Shown: positions 44,872 through 57,381 of the stretch, in pieces
How the letters are laid out: the number at the start of each line of letters is the position of its first letter
Numbering within the stretch: position 1 is the stretch's first letter
DNA from: TPA_inf: Saccharomyces
Taxonomy: Eukaryota
DNA: 64,000 bases
Reading direction: 5' to 3'
Assembly (NCBI GenBank): GCA_000146045.2
Contig: BK006936.2
Coordinates: 576,001-640,000, forward strand
Position numbers and translations under genes: made by a program
The notes under the pieces: generated by a model
Databases searched by the model: none
What the model was told of the DNA's origin: nothing
The model's input: the letters and a program-made list of their open reading frames with translations, nothing else

Positions 44872-46527
44872 ATGCTGAAAAACTTCAAACTCTCAAAAAG
44901 AGATAGTAATGGGTCGAAGGGCAGAATTACATCCGCAGATATTTCCACACCTTCTCATGATAATGGGAGTGTTATAAAGCATATTAAGACAGTACCAGTG
45001 AGGTACCTTTCTTCATCTTCCACCCCAGTGAAAAGCCAACGGGACTCTTCACCAAAAAACAGACATAATTCTAAAGATATTACTTCTCCAGAGAAAGTTA
45101 TAAAAGCCAAATACAGTTATCAGGCACAAACTTCAAAGGAACTATCTTTCATGGAAGGTGAATTTTTTTATGTATCTGGAGATGAGAAGGATTGGTATAA
45201 AGCTTCAAATCCTTCTACTGGAAAAGAGGGTGTTGTCCCCAAAACCTATTTTGAAGTGTTTGATAGAACTAAACCTTCCTCTGTGAATGGATCCAATAGT
45301 TCAAGTCGGAAGGTTACAAATGATTCATTAAACATGGGATCGTTATACGCCATTGTTTTATATGACTTTAAGGCAGAAAAAGCTGATGAGTTGACAACTT
45401 ATGTGGGAGAGAATTTGTTTATTTGCGCCCACCATAACTGTGAATGGTTCATTGCTAAGCCAATTGGTCGACTTGGAGGGCCCGGCCTTGTTCCTGTTGG
45501 GTTTGTTAGCATCATAGATATTGCCACGGGGTACGCAACAGGTAACGACGTAATAGAAGACATCAAGTCAGTTAACCTACCAACTGTTCAAGAATGGAAA
45601 AGCAACATTGCAAGATACAAAGCTAGTAATATTAGCCTTGGTTCTGTGGAGCAGCAGCAGCAGCAATCCATTACAAAACCTCAGAACAAAAGCGCAAAGC
45701 TGGTTGACGGTGAATTATTAGTGAAAGCATCCGTTGAATCCTTTGGGTTAGAAGATGAGAAGTATTGGTTTTTGGTTTGCTGTGAATTATCTAACGGTAA
45801 GACGAGGCAACTGAAAAGATACTATCAAGATTTCTACGATCTGCAGGTTCAACTTTTGGATGCGTTCCCAGCAGAGGCCGGTAAGTTGAGGGATGCAGGT
45901 GGACAATGGTCCAAACGTATAATGCCCTATATCCCTGGACCCGTTCCATACGTTACCAATAGCATAACAAAAAAAAGAAAGGAGGACTTGAATATATATG
46001 TGGCAGACCTAGTGAATCTTCCCGATTATATATCTCGCTCAGAAATGGTGCATTCCTTATTCGTTGTTTTGAATAATGGTTTCGACAGAGAATTTGAAAG
46101 AGACGAAAATCAAAACAATATTAAAACATTACAAGAAAACGATACAGCAACCTTTGCAACAGCATCTCAAACTTCTAATTTTGCCTCAACTAACCAAGAC
46201 AACACTTTAACTGGCGAAGACTTGAAGTTAAACAAGAAACTCTCAGATTTATCTTTATCGGGCTCCAAGCAGGCTCCAGCCCAATCAACTTCTGGATTGA
46301 AAACTACTAAAATTAAATTTTATTACAAAGACGATATTTTTGCTTTAATGCTGAAGGGTGACACAACCTATAAAGAACTTCGTAGTAAAATCGCTCCAAG
46401 GATTGATACAGATAATTTTAAATTACAAACCAAATTATTTGATGGTAGCGGGGAGGAAATTAAGACTGATTCACAAGTCAGTAACATAATCCAAGCCAAA
46501 CTGAAAATTTCCGTTCACGATATTTGA
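44872..46527 (+). CDS. BEM1: Bem1, polarity scaffold with two SH3 domains, a PX domain and a C-terminal PB1 domain, 551 aa
   Basis: SH3-like segments ([35 protein letters not shown]..., [27 protein letters not shown]...); C-terminal PB1 ([24 protein letters not shown]); 551 aa = YBR200W. Confidence 0.92.
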
Positions 46528-47575
46528 ATCTAGTGTTAGAAGACGAAGCATTTTTCTTCTTTACTTGGCAGATGCACATAGGTTGAACATTTTAATCAAC
46601 TTTATGATGATTTGCGAGAGTAATAAGATTCTCCCGAACAGTAATAATATTAAGGTATCCAATTCTTCCGAAACAGCGTGATTTGTAATAAAAATAAATA
46701 AGGACATATATGTATATAGAAAGTTGCTTAAACTTTTTAGACCACTTGGAAATATTTTTTATTTATATTTTTCTTCAAATGTAAAGTTGGGTACCTAAGC
46801 TTAAATTCACCTGAAAATGAATTATATGAAAGATTTTACACCACATGTAAAAAAAAACGTACAAAAAGCCAAATATTTCCACTCAATCATAATGCATGAA
46901 TTATAGGTATTTTAAGTTATATTGCTGACGTAAAATTCAGAAGAGACTACAAGAAAAATTCTGAACATATTTATTCTTAAATATGCTTTTGTGCTTCCAT
47001 ATGTGTCAAAGGATAATGTGGCTCCCTTTCGATTTAATGAAGTGGCGTAGATTTCATTGTGGCGCTGTTCTTGTTGGAACACTGAGCTTACGTAACCGCA
47101 GCCCAAAGATACTTTCTCTTTATTTTATTAGCGATAGGACAGGCTAAAATGATAATCACTATTAATCAAGCAGAAAGTAATTGAAATTATTGTAAATCGA
47201 AATACCTGTAATGTAGCAAAACTTTTCGTGGTTGTTACAGCAACTTTTTATACTTAATATAGCAAGAGTATCCGTTTTTATAAGGCCTACACAACGGAAT
47301 CCTCTTGATTTCCTTTTTTCTTTGTAATTTACCGACGCACGAATACGCGCGCTGTCCTTTTTCAACCATCCATATAAACCATAAATGGCCCAAGATAGAT
47401 GTGAGTCCCTAAATTGAAATCAGTTGAAAAACAGAAGGTATAACAAAACAGATAGACACCTAATAAAGAACAAAATATTCCTATAGTTTTGCTGAACATA
47501 GTTTTTATTGAAAGTTTAGAAGAATTACAGCAGAGATTTCGTCACCAACAGAAGAAAAGCTAAAGCCCAAGCAAT

Positions 47576-48211
47576 ATGGATGCTGTAATACTGAATCTCT
47601 TAGGCGACATTCCTTTGGTCACAAGATTATGGACAATTGGCTGTCTTGTACTATCAGGTCTCACAAGTCTCCGGATTGTGGATCCAGGGAAGGTAGTGTA
47701 CAGTTATGATTTAGTATTCAAAAAGGGACAATATGGAAGACTACTTTATTCGATATTCGATTACGGCGCATTTAATTGGATATCCATGATAAACATCTTT
47801 GTCAGCGCTAATCACTTATCAACTTTGGAAAACTCATTCAATCTGAGAAGAAAATTCTGTTGGATAATATTTTTACTGTTGGTGATACTGGTAAAGATGA
47901 CCAGCATTGAACAACCTGCAGCATCACTCGGTGTGTTATTGCATGAGAATCTCGTGTACTACGAACTGAAAAAGAACGGAAACCAAATGAACGTACGATT
48001 CTTCGGTGCCATTGATGTTTCACCATCTATATTCCCAATCTACATGAATGCAGTAATGTATTTTGTATATAAGCGTAGCTGGTTAGAAATTGCCATGAAT
48101 TTCATGCCAGGTCACGTAATTTACTACATGGATGATATAATAGGGAAGATTTATGGCATCGATTTGTGTAAATCTCCGTACGACTGGTTCCGCAACACTG
48201 AAACACCCTAA
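47576..48211 (+). CDS. DER1: Der1, ER membrane derlin for ERAD-L, 211 aa
   Basis: 211-aa multi-TM rhomboid-like pseudoprotease sequence MDAVILNLLGDIPLVTRLWTIGCLVLSGL...; matches YBR201W. Confidence 0.9.
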   Translation: MDAVILNLLGDIPLVTRLWTIGCLVLSGLTSLRIVDPGKVVYSYDLVFKKGQYGRLLYSIFDYGAFNWISMINIFVSANHLSTLENSFNLRRKFCWIIFLLLVILVKMTSIEQPAASLGVLLHENLVYYELKKNGNQMNVRFFGAIDVSPSIFPIYMNAVMYFVYKRSWLEIAMNFMPGHVIYYMDDIIGKIYGIDLCKSPYDWFRNTETP

Positions 48212-48492
48212 AGGAAAGGCCGTTTTTATTTACCAAAAACCAATAACAAAAGTGAACGCTTGATAAACAAACATACTTAGCATAAATAACTACATATAAA
48301 ATAGGCCAAGGATAAATGAAACGTTGACTAGAATGAATGAAAGATGTGAAAACAGTACAGTTAAAACTGCAATCCCACAAACTAAAAATAATATGAAGAA
48401 CCTGTCTCAAATGTATAAATGCAGAATAAATAAGTAGCCGAAAAAGTCTCGGTAATTTTCTCCCTAATGATAACCCATATTTTCGAAAGACT

Positions 48493-48696
48493 CTAAAACC
48501 TGGTGTATGATCGTTGAGAACAAAATTCGTCCTTGTAGTAGTGTGTGTCTTTAGAAGCCATTCGGGCCGGTAGAAGGAAAGGTGTTGTTAGTCCCAGAGT
48601 GATGTAAGCAACATAAAACAACGTCGTCAGCTTTTTACTGGGAGCACTTGCCTTGTATGATTTAGAAACTTGTGAAAATGATTTCATGGCCAGCAT
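48493..48696 (-). CDS. Small ORF of 67 aa with a predicted TM segment, consistent with YBR201C-A
   Basis: 67-aa ORF MLAMKSFSQVSKSYKASAPSKKLTTLFYVAYITLGLTTPFLLPARM...; size and position match annotated YBR201C-A; it contains a hydrophobic stretch consistent with a membrane protein, which is my inference. Confidence 0.5.
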   Translation of the reverse strand: MLAMKSFSQVSKSYKASAPSKKLTTLFYVAYITLGLTTPFLLPARMASKDTHYYKDEFCSQRSYTRF

Positions 48697-49542
48697 TGTT
48701 AGTCCTCGATCTTTTGTGATATTTCCTATATATTACAAAAAAATTCTTGGTTTTCGCCTTGTCACAGGGAATAAATGTGGAATATAAAAGAGAGGAGAGG
48801 AGAGGAAAGAAGAAAAAAAACTTGGTGTCCGTTTGCAGATGGCCTATTATATACCCTGCTTATATAACTCTGAGAATTAGGAATATTTTGCTGTTGCTAT
48901 GGTAATTAACATATTTCCAACAATAATGACCTTCTCGAGCTATTGTCTTCCTTGCAGTGGCGAAGAAACCACCGGAGAGTTGCAACGAACTGCCTTTCTT
49001 AGGAAGTGCGCGGGCTCTCTATTATGATAGGCCGATACGGTACAAAAGCTTAAAGTTGCCTTTGTATTACCTTTTTTAATCGCAGCAAACAATGCGAAGC
49101 ACAGGTGTTCACTTTCCTTAGCTTCCCCTTTTCCGTGCTTTTGTTTATACTTCGTACAAAAATGAGGGGAAGGTACCAGGCAGGATACCTCACTGATTAC
49201 GACGACAAGGAAAAGAGTAAAAATAATTTACTGTAAAACTTCCAAATTTGTCTGAGAGCAACAGAATAGAAGCACAAAGAAATGTACCCTACGAGAGACA
49301 GAGAGGGTAAAAGAGTAAGTAAATTCTAAAGTGGTGTGAATGTCATAACTTAAACTATTACCCACGGGATACCTGCTAGGTCAACGTAGCCGCTACTCGA
49401 ATATAATAAGCGCTTCTTGTATATTTTCTCAATAACAGGTCGAGGCCCCTTCTACCCTTGAATGCTACTTATTACTCACTCATAATACATTGTATAAGCC
49501 TTCGCGTTTTTCACGGCCTCGAAAAAATTTTTCTTAACTAAT

Positions 49543-49571
49543 TTACCCAGAAAGGAAATTTCCTTATAAGG
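49543..49571 (+). promoter_or_regulatory. Early cell cycle box (Mcm1 site) upstream of MCM7, with an adjacent second CC(W)6GG
   Basis: TTACCCAGAAAGGAAA (49543-49558) fits the ECB consensus TTtCCcnntnaGGAAA; it overlaps the palindrome GGAAATTTCC (49554-49563) and CCTTATAAGG (49562-49571, Mcm1 CCYWWWNNRG); ~215 bp upstream of the MCM7 ATG. Confidence 0.5.
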
Positions 49572-49771
49572 AAAATAAATGCAATTCATTAAGTCGGTTT
49601 GCTTCTTTTTTCACGAAAGTGAGATACAAGCAAAGGACCAGAGCGAGATGTACTACAGTAGCAGGCTACATACACGTCTTTACCAATAACTTACATTTAG
49701 AAAGGCAATATAATCACTACCTAGATTAGCTTGAATCTTGCAGGAAGAACTCAATACAGATAGACCAGATT

Positions 49772-52309
49772 ATGAGTGCGGCACTTCCATCAATTCAGCT
49801 TCCTGTCGACTATAATAATCTTTTTAATGAAATCACCGATTTTTTGGTGACTTTCAAGCAGGATACGTTGTCTTCTGATGCAACACGAAATGAGAACGAA
49901 GATGAAAATTTGGATGCTGAGAATATCGAACAACATCTATTGGAAAAGGGGCCCAAGTACATGGCGATGCTACAGAAAGTGGCTAATAGGGAACTGAATT
50001 CCGTGATTATTGATTTAGATGACATTCTACAGTATCAAAACGAAAAGTTTCTCCAGGGCACACAGGCAGACGACCTTGTGTCTGCCATTCAACAAAACGC
50101 TAATCACTTCACTGAATTATTTTGCCGTGCCATTGACAACAACATGCCGCTACCAACAAAAGAAATTGACTACAAGGACGACGTTCTTGATGTTATTTTA
50201 AACCAAAGGAGACTGAGGAATGAGAGAATGCTCTCGGACAGGACCAATGAGATCCGAAGCGAAAACCTCATGGATACCACGATGGATCCACCCTCTTCCA
50301 TGAATGATGCGTTAAGAGAAGTTGTCGAGGATGAAACTGAGTTATTTCCTCCTAATTTAACTAGACGCTATTTCCTTTATTTTAAGCCTCTATCGCAAAA
50401 TTGTGCTCGTCGTTACAGGAAGAAAGCAATTAGTTCTAAACCATTATCTGTTAGGCAGATTAAAGGTGACTTCCTAGGCCAATTGATTACCGTCAGAGGT
50501 ATTATCACCAGAGTTTCTGATGTCAAACCAGCTGTGGAAGTTATCGCATATACCTGCGATCAATGTGGGTACGAAGTTTTCCAAGAGGTCAACTCTCGTA
50601 CTTTTACTCCGTTGTCAGAATGTACTTCCGAAGAATGTTCCCAAAATCAAACAAAGGGTCAATTGTTTATGAGTACACGAGCTTCCAAATTTAGTGCCTT
50701 TCAGGAATGTAAAATTCAGGAGTTATCACAACAAGTGCCAGTGGGTCATATTCCTAGGTCGCTAAATATCCACGTTAACGGGACGCTGGTAAGATCTTTA
50801 TCGCCTGGTGATATCGTCGATGTAACTGGTATATTCTTGCCAGCGCCCTACACCGGTTTCAAAGCTTTGAAAGCTGGCTTACTGACAGAAACTTATTTAG
50901 AGGCACAGTTTGTCCGTCAACACAAGAAGAAATTTGCGTCTTTCAGTCTGACTTCTGATGTAGAAGAGAGAGTTATGGAATTAATCACCTCTGGTGATGT
51001 TTATAATAGGCTGGCAAAATCTATTGCACCGGAAATCTACGGTAACTTGGACGTAAAGAAAGCGTTGCTGCTATTACTTGTCGGAGGTGTTGATAAAAGG
51101 GTAGGTGACGGTATGAAAATCAGAGGTGATATCAATGTTTGTCTGATGGGTGATCCCGGTGTTGCCAAATCTCAACTGCTGAAGGCCATTTGCAAAATAT
51201 CACCTCGAGGAGTGTATACCACTGGTAAGGGTTCCTCAGGCGTTGGTCTGACCGCTGCCGTCATGAAAGATCCTGTCACGGATGAAATGATTCTAGAAGG
51301 TGGTGCCTTAGTACTCGCTGATAACGGTATTTGTTGTATCGATGAATTTGATAAGATGGATGAAAGTGACAGAACGGCAATCCATGAAGTTATGGAACAA
51401 CAAACAATTTCGATATCCAAGGCGGGTATCAATACAACTTTGAACGCCAGAACCTCAATCTTAGCGGCAGCAAATCCGTTGTATGGTAGATATAATCCTA
51501 GATTATCACCTCTGGACAATATAAATCTACCAGCTGCTTTACTATCCAGATTTGATATTCTCTTCTTAATGTTAGATATACCAAGTAGAGATGACGACGA
51601 AAAATTAGCCGAGCACGTTACATATGTGCATATGCATAATAAACAACCGGATTTGGACTTCACTCCAGTAGAACCCTCTAAAATGAGAGAGTACATTGCC
51701 TATGCTAAGACAAAGAGGCCAGTGATGAGTGAAGCTGTAAACGATTATGTGGTGCAAGCTTACATCAGATTAAGACAAGACTCCAAGAGAGAAATGGATT
51801 CCAAATTTTCCTTTGGTCAAGCCACTCCGAGAACTTTACTAGGTATTATAAGATTATCTCAAGCGCTAGCAAAGTTAAGGTTGGCTGATATGGTGGATAT
51901 AGATGATGTGGAGGAAGCCTTGAGGTTGGTCCGAGTCTCCAAGGAATCATTGTATCAAGAAACCAACAAATCTAAAGAAGATGAAAGCCCCACAACGAAA
52001 ATCTTTACGATCATCAAGAAAATGTTACAAGAAACTGGTAAAAACACGCTATCATATGAAAATATTGTGAAAACTGTAAGACTAAGAGGGTTTACCATGC
52101 TACAATTAAGCAACTGTATCCAAGAATATTCTTACTTAAACGTCTGGCATTTAATTAATGAGGGTAACACTTTGAAATTCGTGGATGACGGTACCATGGA
52201 CACAGACCAGGAAGACTCACTAGTGAGCACGCCTAAACTCGCACCACAAACGACCGCTTCCGCTAATGTGAGCGCCCAAGATTCTGATATCGATCTACAA
52301 GACGCTTGA
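49772..52309 (+). CDS. MCM7: Mcm7 (Cdc47), MCM2-7 replicative helicase subunit, 845 aa
   Basis: MCM box with Walker A GDPGVAKSQLLK, Walker B CCIDEFDKMD and arginine finger SRFD; zinc finger CDQCG...C; 845 aa = YBR202W. Confidence 0.95.
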   Translation: MSAALPSIQLPVDYNNLFNEITDFLVTFKQDTLSSDATRNENEDENLDAENIEQHLLEKGPKYMAMLQKVANRELNSVIIDLDDILQYQNEKFLQGTQADDLVSAIQQNANHFTELFCRAIDNNMPLPTKEIDYKDDVLDVILNQRRLRNERMLSDRTNEIRSENLMDTTMDPPSSMNDALREVVEDETELFPPNLTRRYFLYFKPLSQNCARRYRKKAISSKPLSVRQIKGDFLGQLITVRGIITRVSDVKPAVEVIAYTCDQCGYEVFQEVNSRTFTPLSECTSEECSQNQTKGQLFMSTRASKFSAFQECKIQELSQQVPVGHIPRSLNIHVNGTLVRSLSPGDIVDVTGIFLPAPYTGFKALKAGLLTETYLEAQFVRQHKKKFASFSLTSDVEERVMELITSGDVYNRLAKSIAPEIYGNLDVKKALLLLLVGGVDKRVGDGMKIRGDINVCLMGDPGVAKSQLLKAICKISPRGVYTTGKGSSGVGLTAAVMKDPVTDEMILEGGALVLADNGICCIDEFDKMDESDRTAIHEVMEQQTISISKAGINTTLNARTSILAAANPLYGRYNPRLSPLDNINLPAALLSRFDILFLMLDIPSRDDDEKLAEHVTYVHMHNKQPDLDFTPVEPSKMREYIAYAKTKRPVMSEAVNDYVVQAYIRLRQDSKREMDSKFSFGQATPRTLLGIIRLSQALAKLRLADMVDIDDVEEALRLVRVSKESLYQETNKSKEDESPTTKIFTIIKKMLQETGKNTLSYENIVKTVRLRGFTMLQLSNCIQEYSYLNVWHLINEGNTLKFVDDGTMDTDQEDSLVSTPKLAPQTTASANVSAQDSDIDLQDA

Positions 52310-53167
52310 AAGTTCTAAAAAAAAAAGCAACAGGGCCTTCATTCTTTATTCTTTTTCCCCCTTTTTTTCATTTCCATATAGCTGCACATTCAAATTTACC
52401 TTCTGTAACTTACTTCCAAGGCCCAGTTTTCAAGATATGTATTCTGTATTATTATAATTTTACTAATATTATTCATCGCTTTTGCCAGCCACAGACCCCA
52501 CACATTTCGGACTTAACATTATGACTGCGCATGTCCGTGCACCGCGGCCCAATTCTTGTTTTTTTTTTTTTGCGGAGAAAGGAAAATTATCTTCAAGCGG
52601 AATAGGGCCAGCTAGTATTGCTCAGATGTGCCTGTGGAGAGCCGTGCTACAGGGTACCGTCAGCCCCTGAGTATACCAGAGAGTACACCGTGCGGAGTTC
52701 TTCCAGAAAATGAAAAGATTGTTCTCAGAATAATTCGTAGCGCTTGATAATAATCCGAATTTGAGATACCTGCCGGCACCCATTCTGTTATCGCCAAGAG
52801 GACTTTTAGGGGACCCGCAGACAGTAAAATTTTTTTCATTCATTAACATGTGAAGGCAACATTCATCGATCTCCATCCCTACTGTCAAAAATATAAGTAT
52901 ATATATATATATATTTATATAGTCTATATATATATAGTCCCACTCTCAAACTAATATAACCTTTACAAACCTGTCCGCTCAGTACGGTAGTCCTATTTTA
53001 TTCCGTTTACTAGATTATATTTGAAGATATTTTTTTATTCTTGAAAATCCCGGACGATAGTATTTTTAGCTGAAGAATATTTGCGGGGAGGAACTATATA
53101 GACACTCGAAGCAAGAGGGGAAAAGGAGAAAGAAAAAAAGGTACACTAAACAAGGTCGAGTGTATTG

Positions 53168-55942
53168 ATGTCAAGTGCTTCAAGACTTCAAAACGTCAAT
53201 ATTGTTTCTAACAACTATTCTCGTTACGGAACTTCCGTTTACGATAAGTTGTATCATAGTAACGGCAGTGGTAGCAATAATGCTGGTAAGAATTCTACCA
53301 CAGTTGGTAAACTGTCATCTATCTCACAAAAGTCCAGGAGCAAACAGCGTCATGGCTCAAATTGCTCCAGATCAATGAGTCAATCACCCTTATCGACGTT
53401 CAAATCTCCACTCAGCAATCAAAATCAATCCAGCGCTCCTGATGATTTGGCTTCCATAGGTCAGAGACGCAGTGACGACGTCACATCTTTAGATAATGAA
53501 ACTATCATAACGATGAATTCAAGGAAATCAAGGATTAAAAAAAAGTATAAATCCTTAATCTCCACCTCTTCAAAAAAATTTATGAATAAATTGTACGATC
53601 ATGGTGCTTCATCCGACTCATTTTCTATATTTTCTCTGAAGACTTCCCATTCTGGTAAACATGAAAATTCCAGATTTGAAAAGCTGAGGAAGAGAAAATA
53701 CCATGCTTGGGGCAAATTTGCCGATATCAACGATTTACCAGTTGAAATAATTGCCAAAATACTTTCTGAATTCGAGTTAGGTCGTGATCAAAAGACACTC
53801 GTAAGATGTCTATACGTATCGAAGAAGTTTTATAAGGCGACAAAGATCGTCCTTTATAGGCTACCTTACTTCACTTCCACTTACAGAGTGGCGCAGTTTG
53901 TCACCTCACTAAGATTACATCCGGATAACGGGGCATACGTGAAAGTATTGGACCTATCACACTTGAAGCCGGGAATTATAGGCCAAGACTCGAAGGATTC
54001 TCAAGGCCTAGACGATGATGGCCACTCAAGGCGTCACAGACGCCGTCGCCGCAGATCTACTAACACAAGTTTGAATCTACCTCCAGCTACTCCAACATCT
54101 ACCATTTCTAACGAGGATGATGCCAATAGCGGATTAATCAAAGACGACGCTTCAAATGGCAGTGAAGTTGAAGACTTGGCATTAGCTGGTTGGAGAGACT
54201 GGAGATACAGAAATGAACCCCTTTATAGCTCTCCTCTGTTGAACAGCTTTAAACTGAAAAAAGTGGTTTCTCGTTCTTCTTCTATCACTTCTACATCTTC
54301 TGGAAATTCCACCGGTGTTCACTCTACAAGGAGACAACGTTCCAATAGTTCCGTTGCTTCCATAACGACGAGTATCATGTCATCCATCTATAACACCTCC
54401 CATGTCTCATTGTCTTCAACCACGTCTAATACCAGCAATGGTAACATCTCTTCTGGTAGTAATCTGTCAAGAGTTTCCACTGCTGGATCATTGAAAAAAG
54501 CTTCTGCGAAGTCCACAAGGTCATCTCCTCAGAAAGCAAAACCTATATCTGACATTACGTCATCTTCCTGGTTTAGAATGAGGTTAAGTTCAAGAAATAG
54601 AAAGGCAAGGACAGCTAATACGATTAATTTAAAGAACTCGAAGGATAAGTCTGACGATGACTTTAAAGTTTTAAAGCACGATTCGGGGCATCCATCCAAT
54701 TATCGTTCTTCGACATTAAAATTTAGCATTGAACAACCATTTAGTACGCATCATCCGTATGCCAACAAATTTCTTTTAAAGTACGCTCCTTATAAAGATC
54801 TGCCCCTAGGTTATATTTTACATATGCTGAACCTGTGTCCTAACCTTGTTGAACTAAACCTTTCCAATTTAGTTATTTGTACCGATTTCAAATTAATCAA
54901 CCAAAGATCCGAAAGAAGAAGGATGACATCTTCACTGTTGCCCGCTGTCCAGGAGTCTAGTGTTTCTGCAGGCCCTGAGAAAGATTTAGAAATTGTCTAT
55001 ATGACCGATTCTGGCAAAGGTTATGAATATTATGAGGGGTTAAGCAAGAAACACTCACGTTCTTCAAGCCTAGGTACCAATCCATCTAGTTGGATTGGAG
55101 GTCAGGCGAATTGGACAGATTACCCACCTCCAATCGATGCACAAACGAAAACAAGAGAGGAACACAGACGCAACAATACCTTGAACAATAAGAACGTCGT
55201 ATTAAAGAAGCTAAACCCTTTTGAAATTTTTGAAATGATCTGCAATAGAAATGAAGAAAAAGGTGGCTACTGCTCCTTAACTAAGGTGAAAATGAATGAC
55301 ATTGTGTGGTGCAGGCAATATATGGTAAAGTATTTTGTAATGAGGACGTTTCGCCAGCATTTGGATTATAAATCCATGGAAAACAACTCTTATGAAAGAC
55401 ACTTATTCAGTTTCCGGGACTCTGGCTTGGATAGAAATTTTTCCTGGGCTTGTAATGCCAAATTGCATGAATTTGTCGCATTGATGGTTATGGATCATCT
55501 TTCAAATTTAGATGATTTAGGATTAGAAGAGCTTTTTAATATCAAGTCCGAAAAGCTATATATAAAAAACTATTGTTGCCGAGACCCGGATATTCTCGAA
55601 ATATCAAACTTATTTGATATTAGATATGGGGCCGGATCTGAGGCTGATGCTACTTCTGATTCCAATCTCGAAGCAGAATCTTTACAATTCAGGTTGACAA
55701 TATTAAAAACAGAAAAGCCAACTTCATTTTGGCTCACAAAAGTTTCCAAAGATTATGTTTCTTTAGTGGTTAAATTATGTGTGGATGATGACATTGATAT
55801 GGACAAAATGAAAGTTGGAAAACCAACTTTGAGAATAGACAGTATTACACACAATTTGATTAGTAGGTTAAAGGAGTTGAGGAGAGTTGATCTAAGGAGA
55901 AATGTTGGCGAAAATAACTACTATGCTGAAAGCATCATATAA
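53168..55942 (+). CDS. COS111: Cos111, Ser-rich protein required for ciclopirox olamine resistance, 924 aa
   Basis: Second ATG of the track ORF gives 924 aa = YBR203W; Ser/Thr/Asn-rich low complexity; an Arg run [10 protein letters not shown]. Confidence 0.85.
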
Positions 55943-56253
55943 CGACTGCTCTCTTTTAACAGCATACGTTCTGTTAATTTATTTGGCCAAATATTATTGA
56001 TGTTTATTTTTTTCTTTTTTGCATAGCCTTTCTACATTTCATGGCTTTATTTATTTATATTTATTTTTCGTTTCCTATTTTTTTGCATACATAGACACTA
56101 CCTTTGATTTTTGCTTGTAAGATGTACGATATAAAGTATACTATGAAAAATTTGAAAATATTGGTCTTAGTTACTTTTTCTGGTTTGTTTTATCAATTCA
56201 TGTAGCAGTGTGCACGAAAATCTAGTTACGCAATGTGAAATCTAGAAAACCTT

Positions 56254-57381
56254 CTACAATTTGGAATTATCAATCACCTCTCGTTGAAAGTTTTCACACA
56301 CCAATTCTGGACGGTCGAAGCATAAATTATGAGAACAGTCAGGTAAAATAATCACTTTACGAAGACATTCTTTATTTATAGTTTGTTTGTAAAATTCCAA
56401 ATTTTCAATAGGAGCTATAGGATCTTTTTCAGCGCCAAATATTATAATTTTCTGTTTCATATCCGTTTGCGTCAATACACCATTGAATTTAACCCAATCA
56501 ACAGTTTCCCATCCTAGTAAATAACCTATGATGGTTCTACTTTTGTTGCTTATGTTGTTTTTAAATTGCCAGAACTTCCTGTATTTCAACTTGACATCAT
56601 CACCTTGTTGATAAAAATACTGCTTGATGCCGGAACTTTGTAGACCTTTTACCTGATCGAATTTGTTTCTATAAACGTCAAATAGCCATGGCAATTTAAA
56701 CACACCATAGAGAGCCCACTGGATAATATGTTTATCCTTAGAAAGCTGCTCGATATGTGCTTTGGGGGGCGTCAACAAAACTAGCGTTTGTACCGCTTTT
56801 GTATCAGCCATGTGCTGCTCGTAAAGATGACATGCCAGAAAACAACCCATAGAATGCCCTACAAGCACTATCTTATGACCGTTAAATGGATTTACGTTAT
56901 CATTATTCGGCACCGCTGTAGACCATTTTCTTAAGACGTCACATACAAGAACGAAAATAAGTTCCACCACTTTCAGCATGGGGTAGTCGCTCCATTCTGA
57001 ACTATGACCAAAGCCGGGCAGATCTAACGTCAAAAATGCCTTTTGATCAGAGTCCACAAGCTCGAGTAAGGGTTCAAATTGTTCTAAGTTGCCAGCCAAC
57101 CCAGGCACGAAGACGAAAACAGTATCACCCCGTATCCCTTTATCGCTCAAGTTGTGACACGTCCTTATTCTTGAATTTCGATCCGATAGTTGTACATTAA
57201 AAAACTCCTCATGTTCTGCGATAAACTTCAACCTAAAGTCCAAATCTACCTCTGGTTTGCGAATGTAAGCTACCAAATCAGCTGCATTTTCTGCATTTTG
57301 AACAATCTCTTCTAGCGTCTTTCCAGAAAGGGGCTCACAGGACCAACTTTTTGTTGCTTCTGCACGTTCTGCCATATTCAT
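56254..57381 (-). CDS. LDH1: Ldh1, lipid-droplet serine hydrolase (alpha/beta hydrolase), 375 aa
   Basis: GXSXG lipase motif GHSMG; ATG at 57379-57381 (MNMAERAEATKS) gives 375 aa = YBR204C. Confidence 0.85.
   Translation of the reverse strand: MNMAERAEATKSWSCEPLSGKTLEEIVQNAENAADLVAYIRKPEVDLDFRLKFIAEHEEFFNVQLSDRNSRIRTCHNLSDKGIRGDTVFVFVPGLAGNLEQFEPLLELVDSDQKAFLTLDLPGFGHSSEWSDYPMLKVVELIFVLVCDVLRKWSTAVPNNDNVNPFNGHKIVLVGHSMGCFLACHLYEQHMADTKAVQTLVLLTPPKAHIEQLSKDKHIIQWALYGVFKLPWLFDVYRNKFDQVKGLQSSGIKQYFYQQGDDVKLKYRKFWQFKNNISNKSRTIIGYLLGWETVDWVKFNGVLTQTDMKQKIIIFGAEKDPIAPIENLEFYKQTINKECLRKVIILPDCSHNLCFDRPELVCENFQREVIDNSKL

Noticed and set aside
47087-47097. Possible UPRE near DER1 (CTTACGTAACC)
   Set aside because: It does not match CAGCGTG (UPRE-1) or TACGTG (UPRE-2). 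It lies ~480 bp upstream on the far side of small ORFs. Insufficient.
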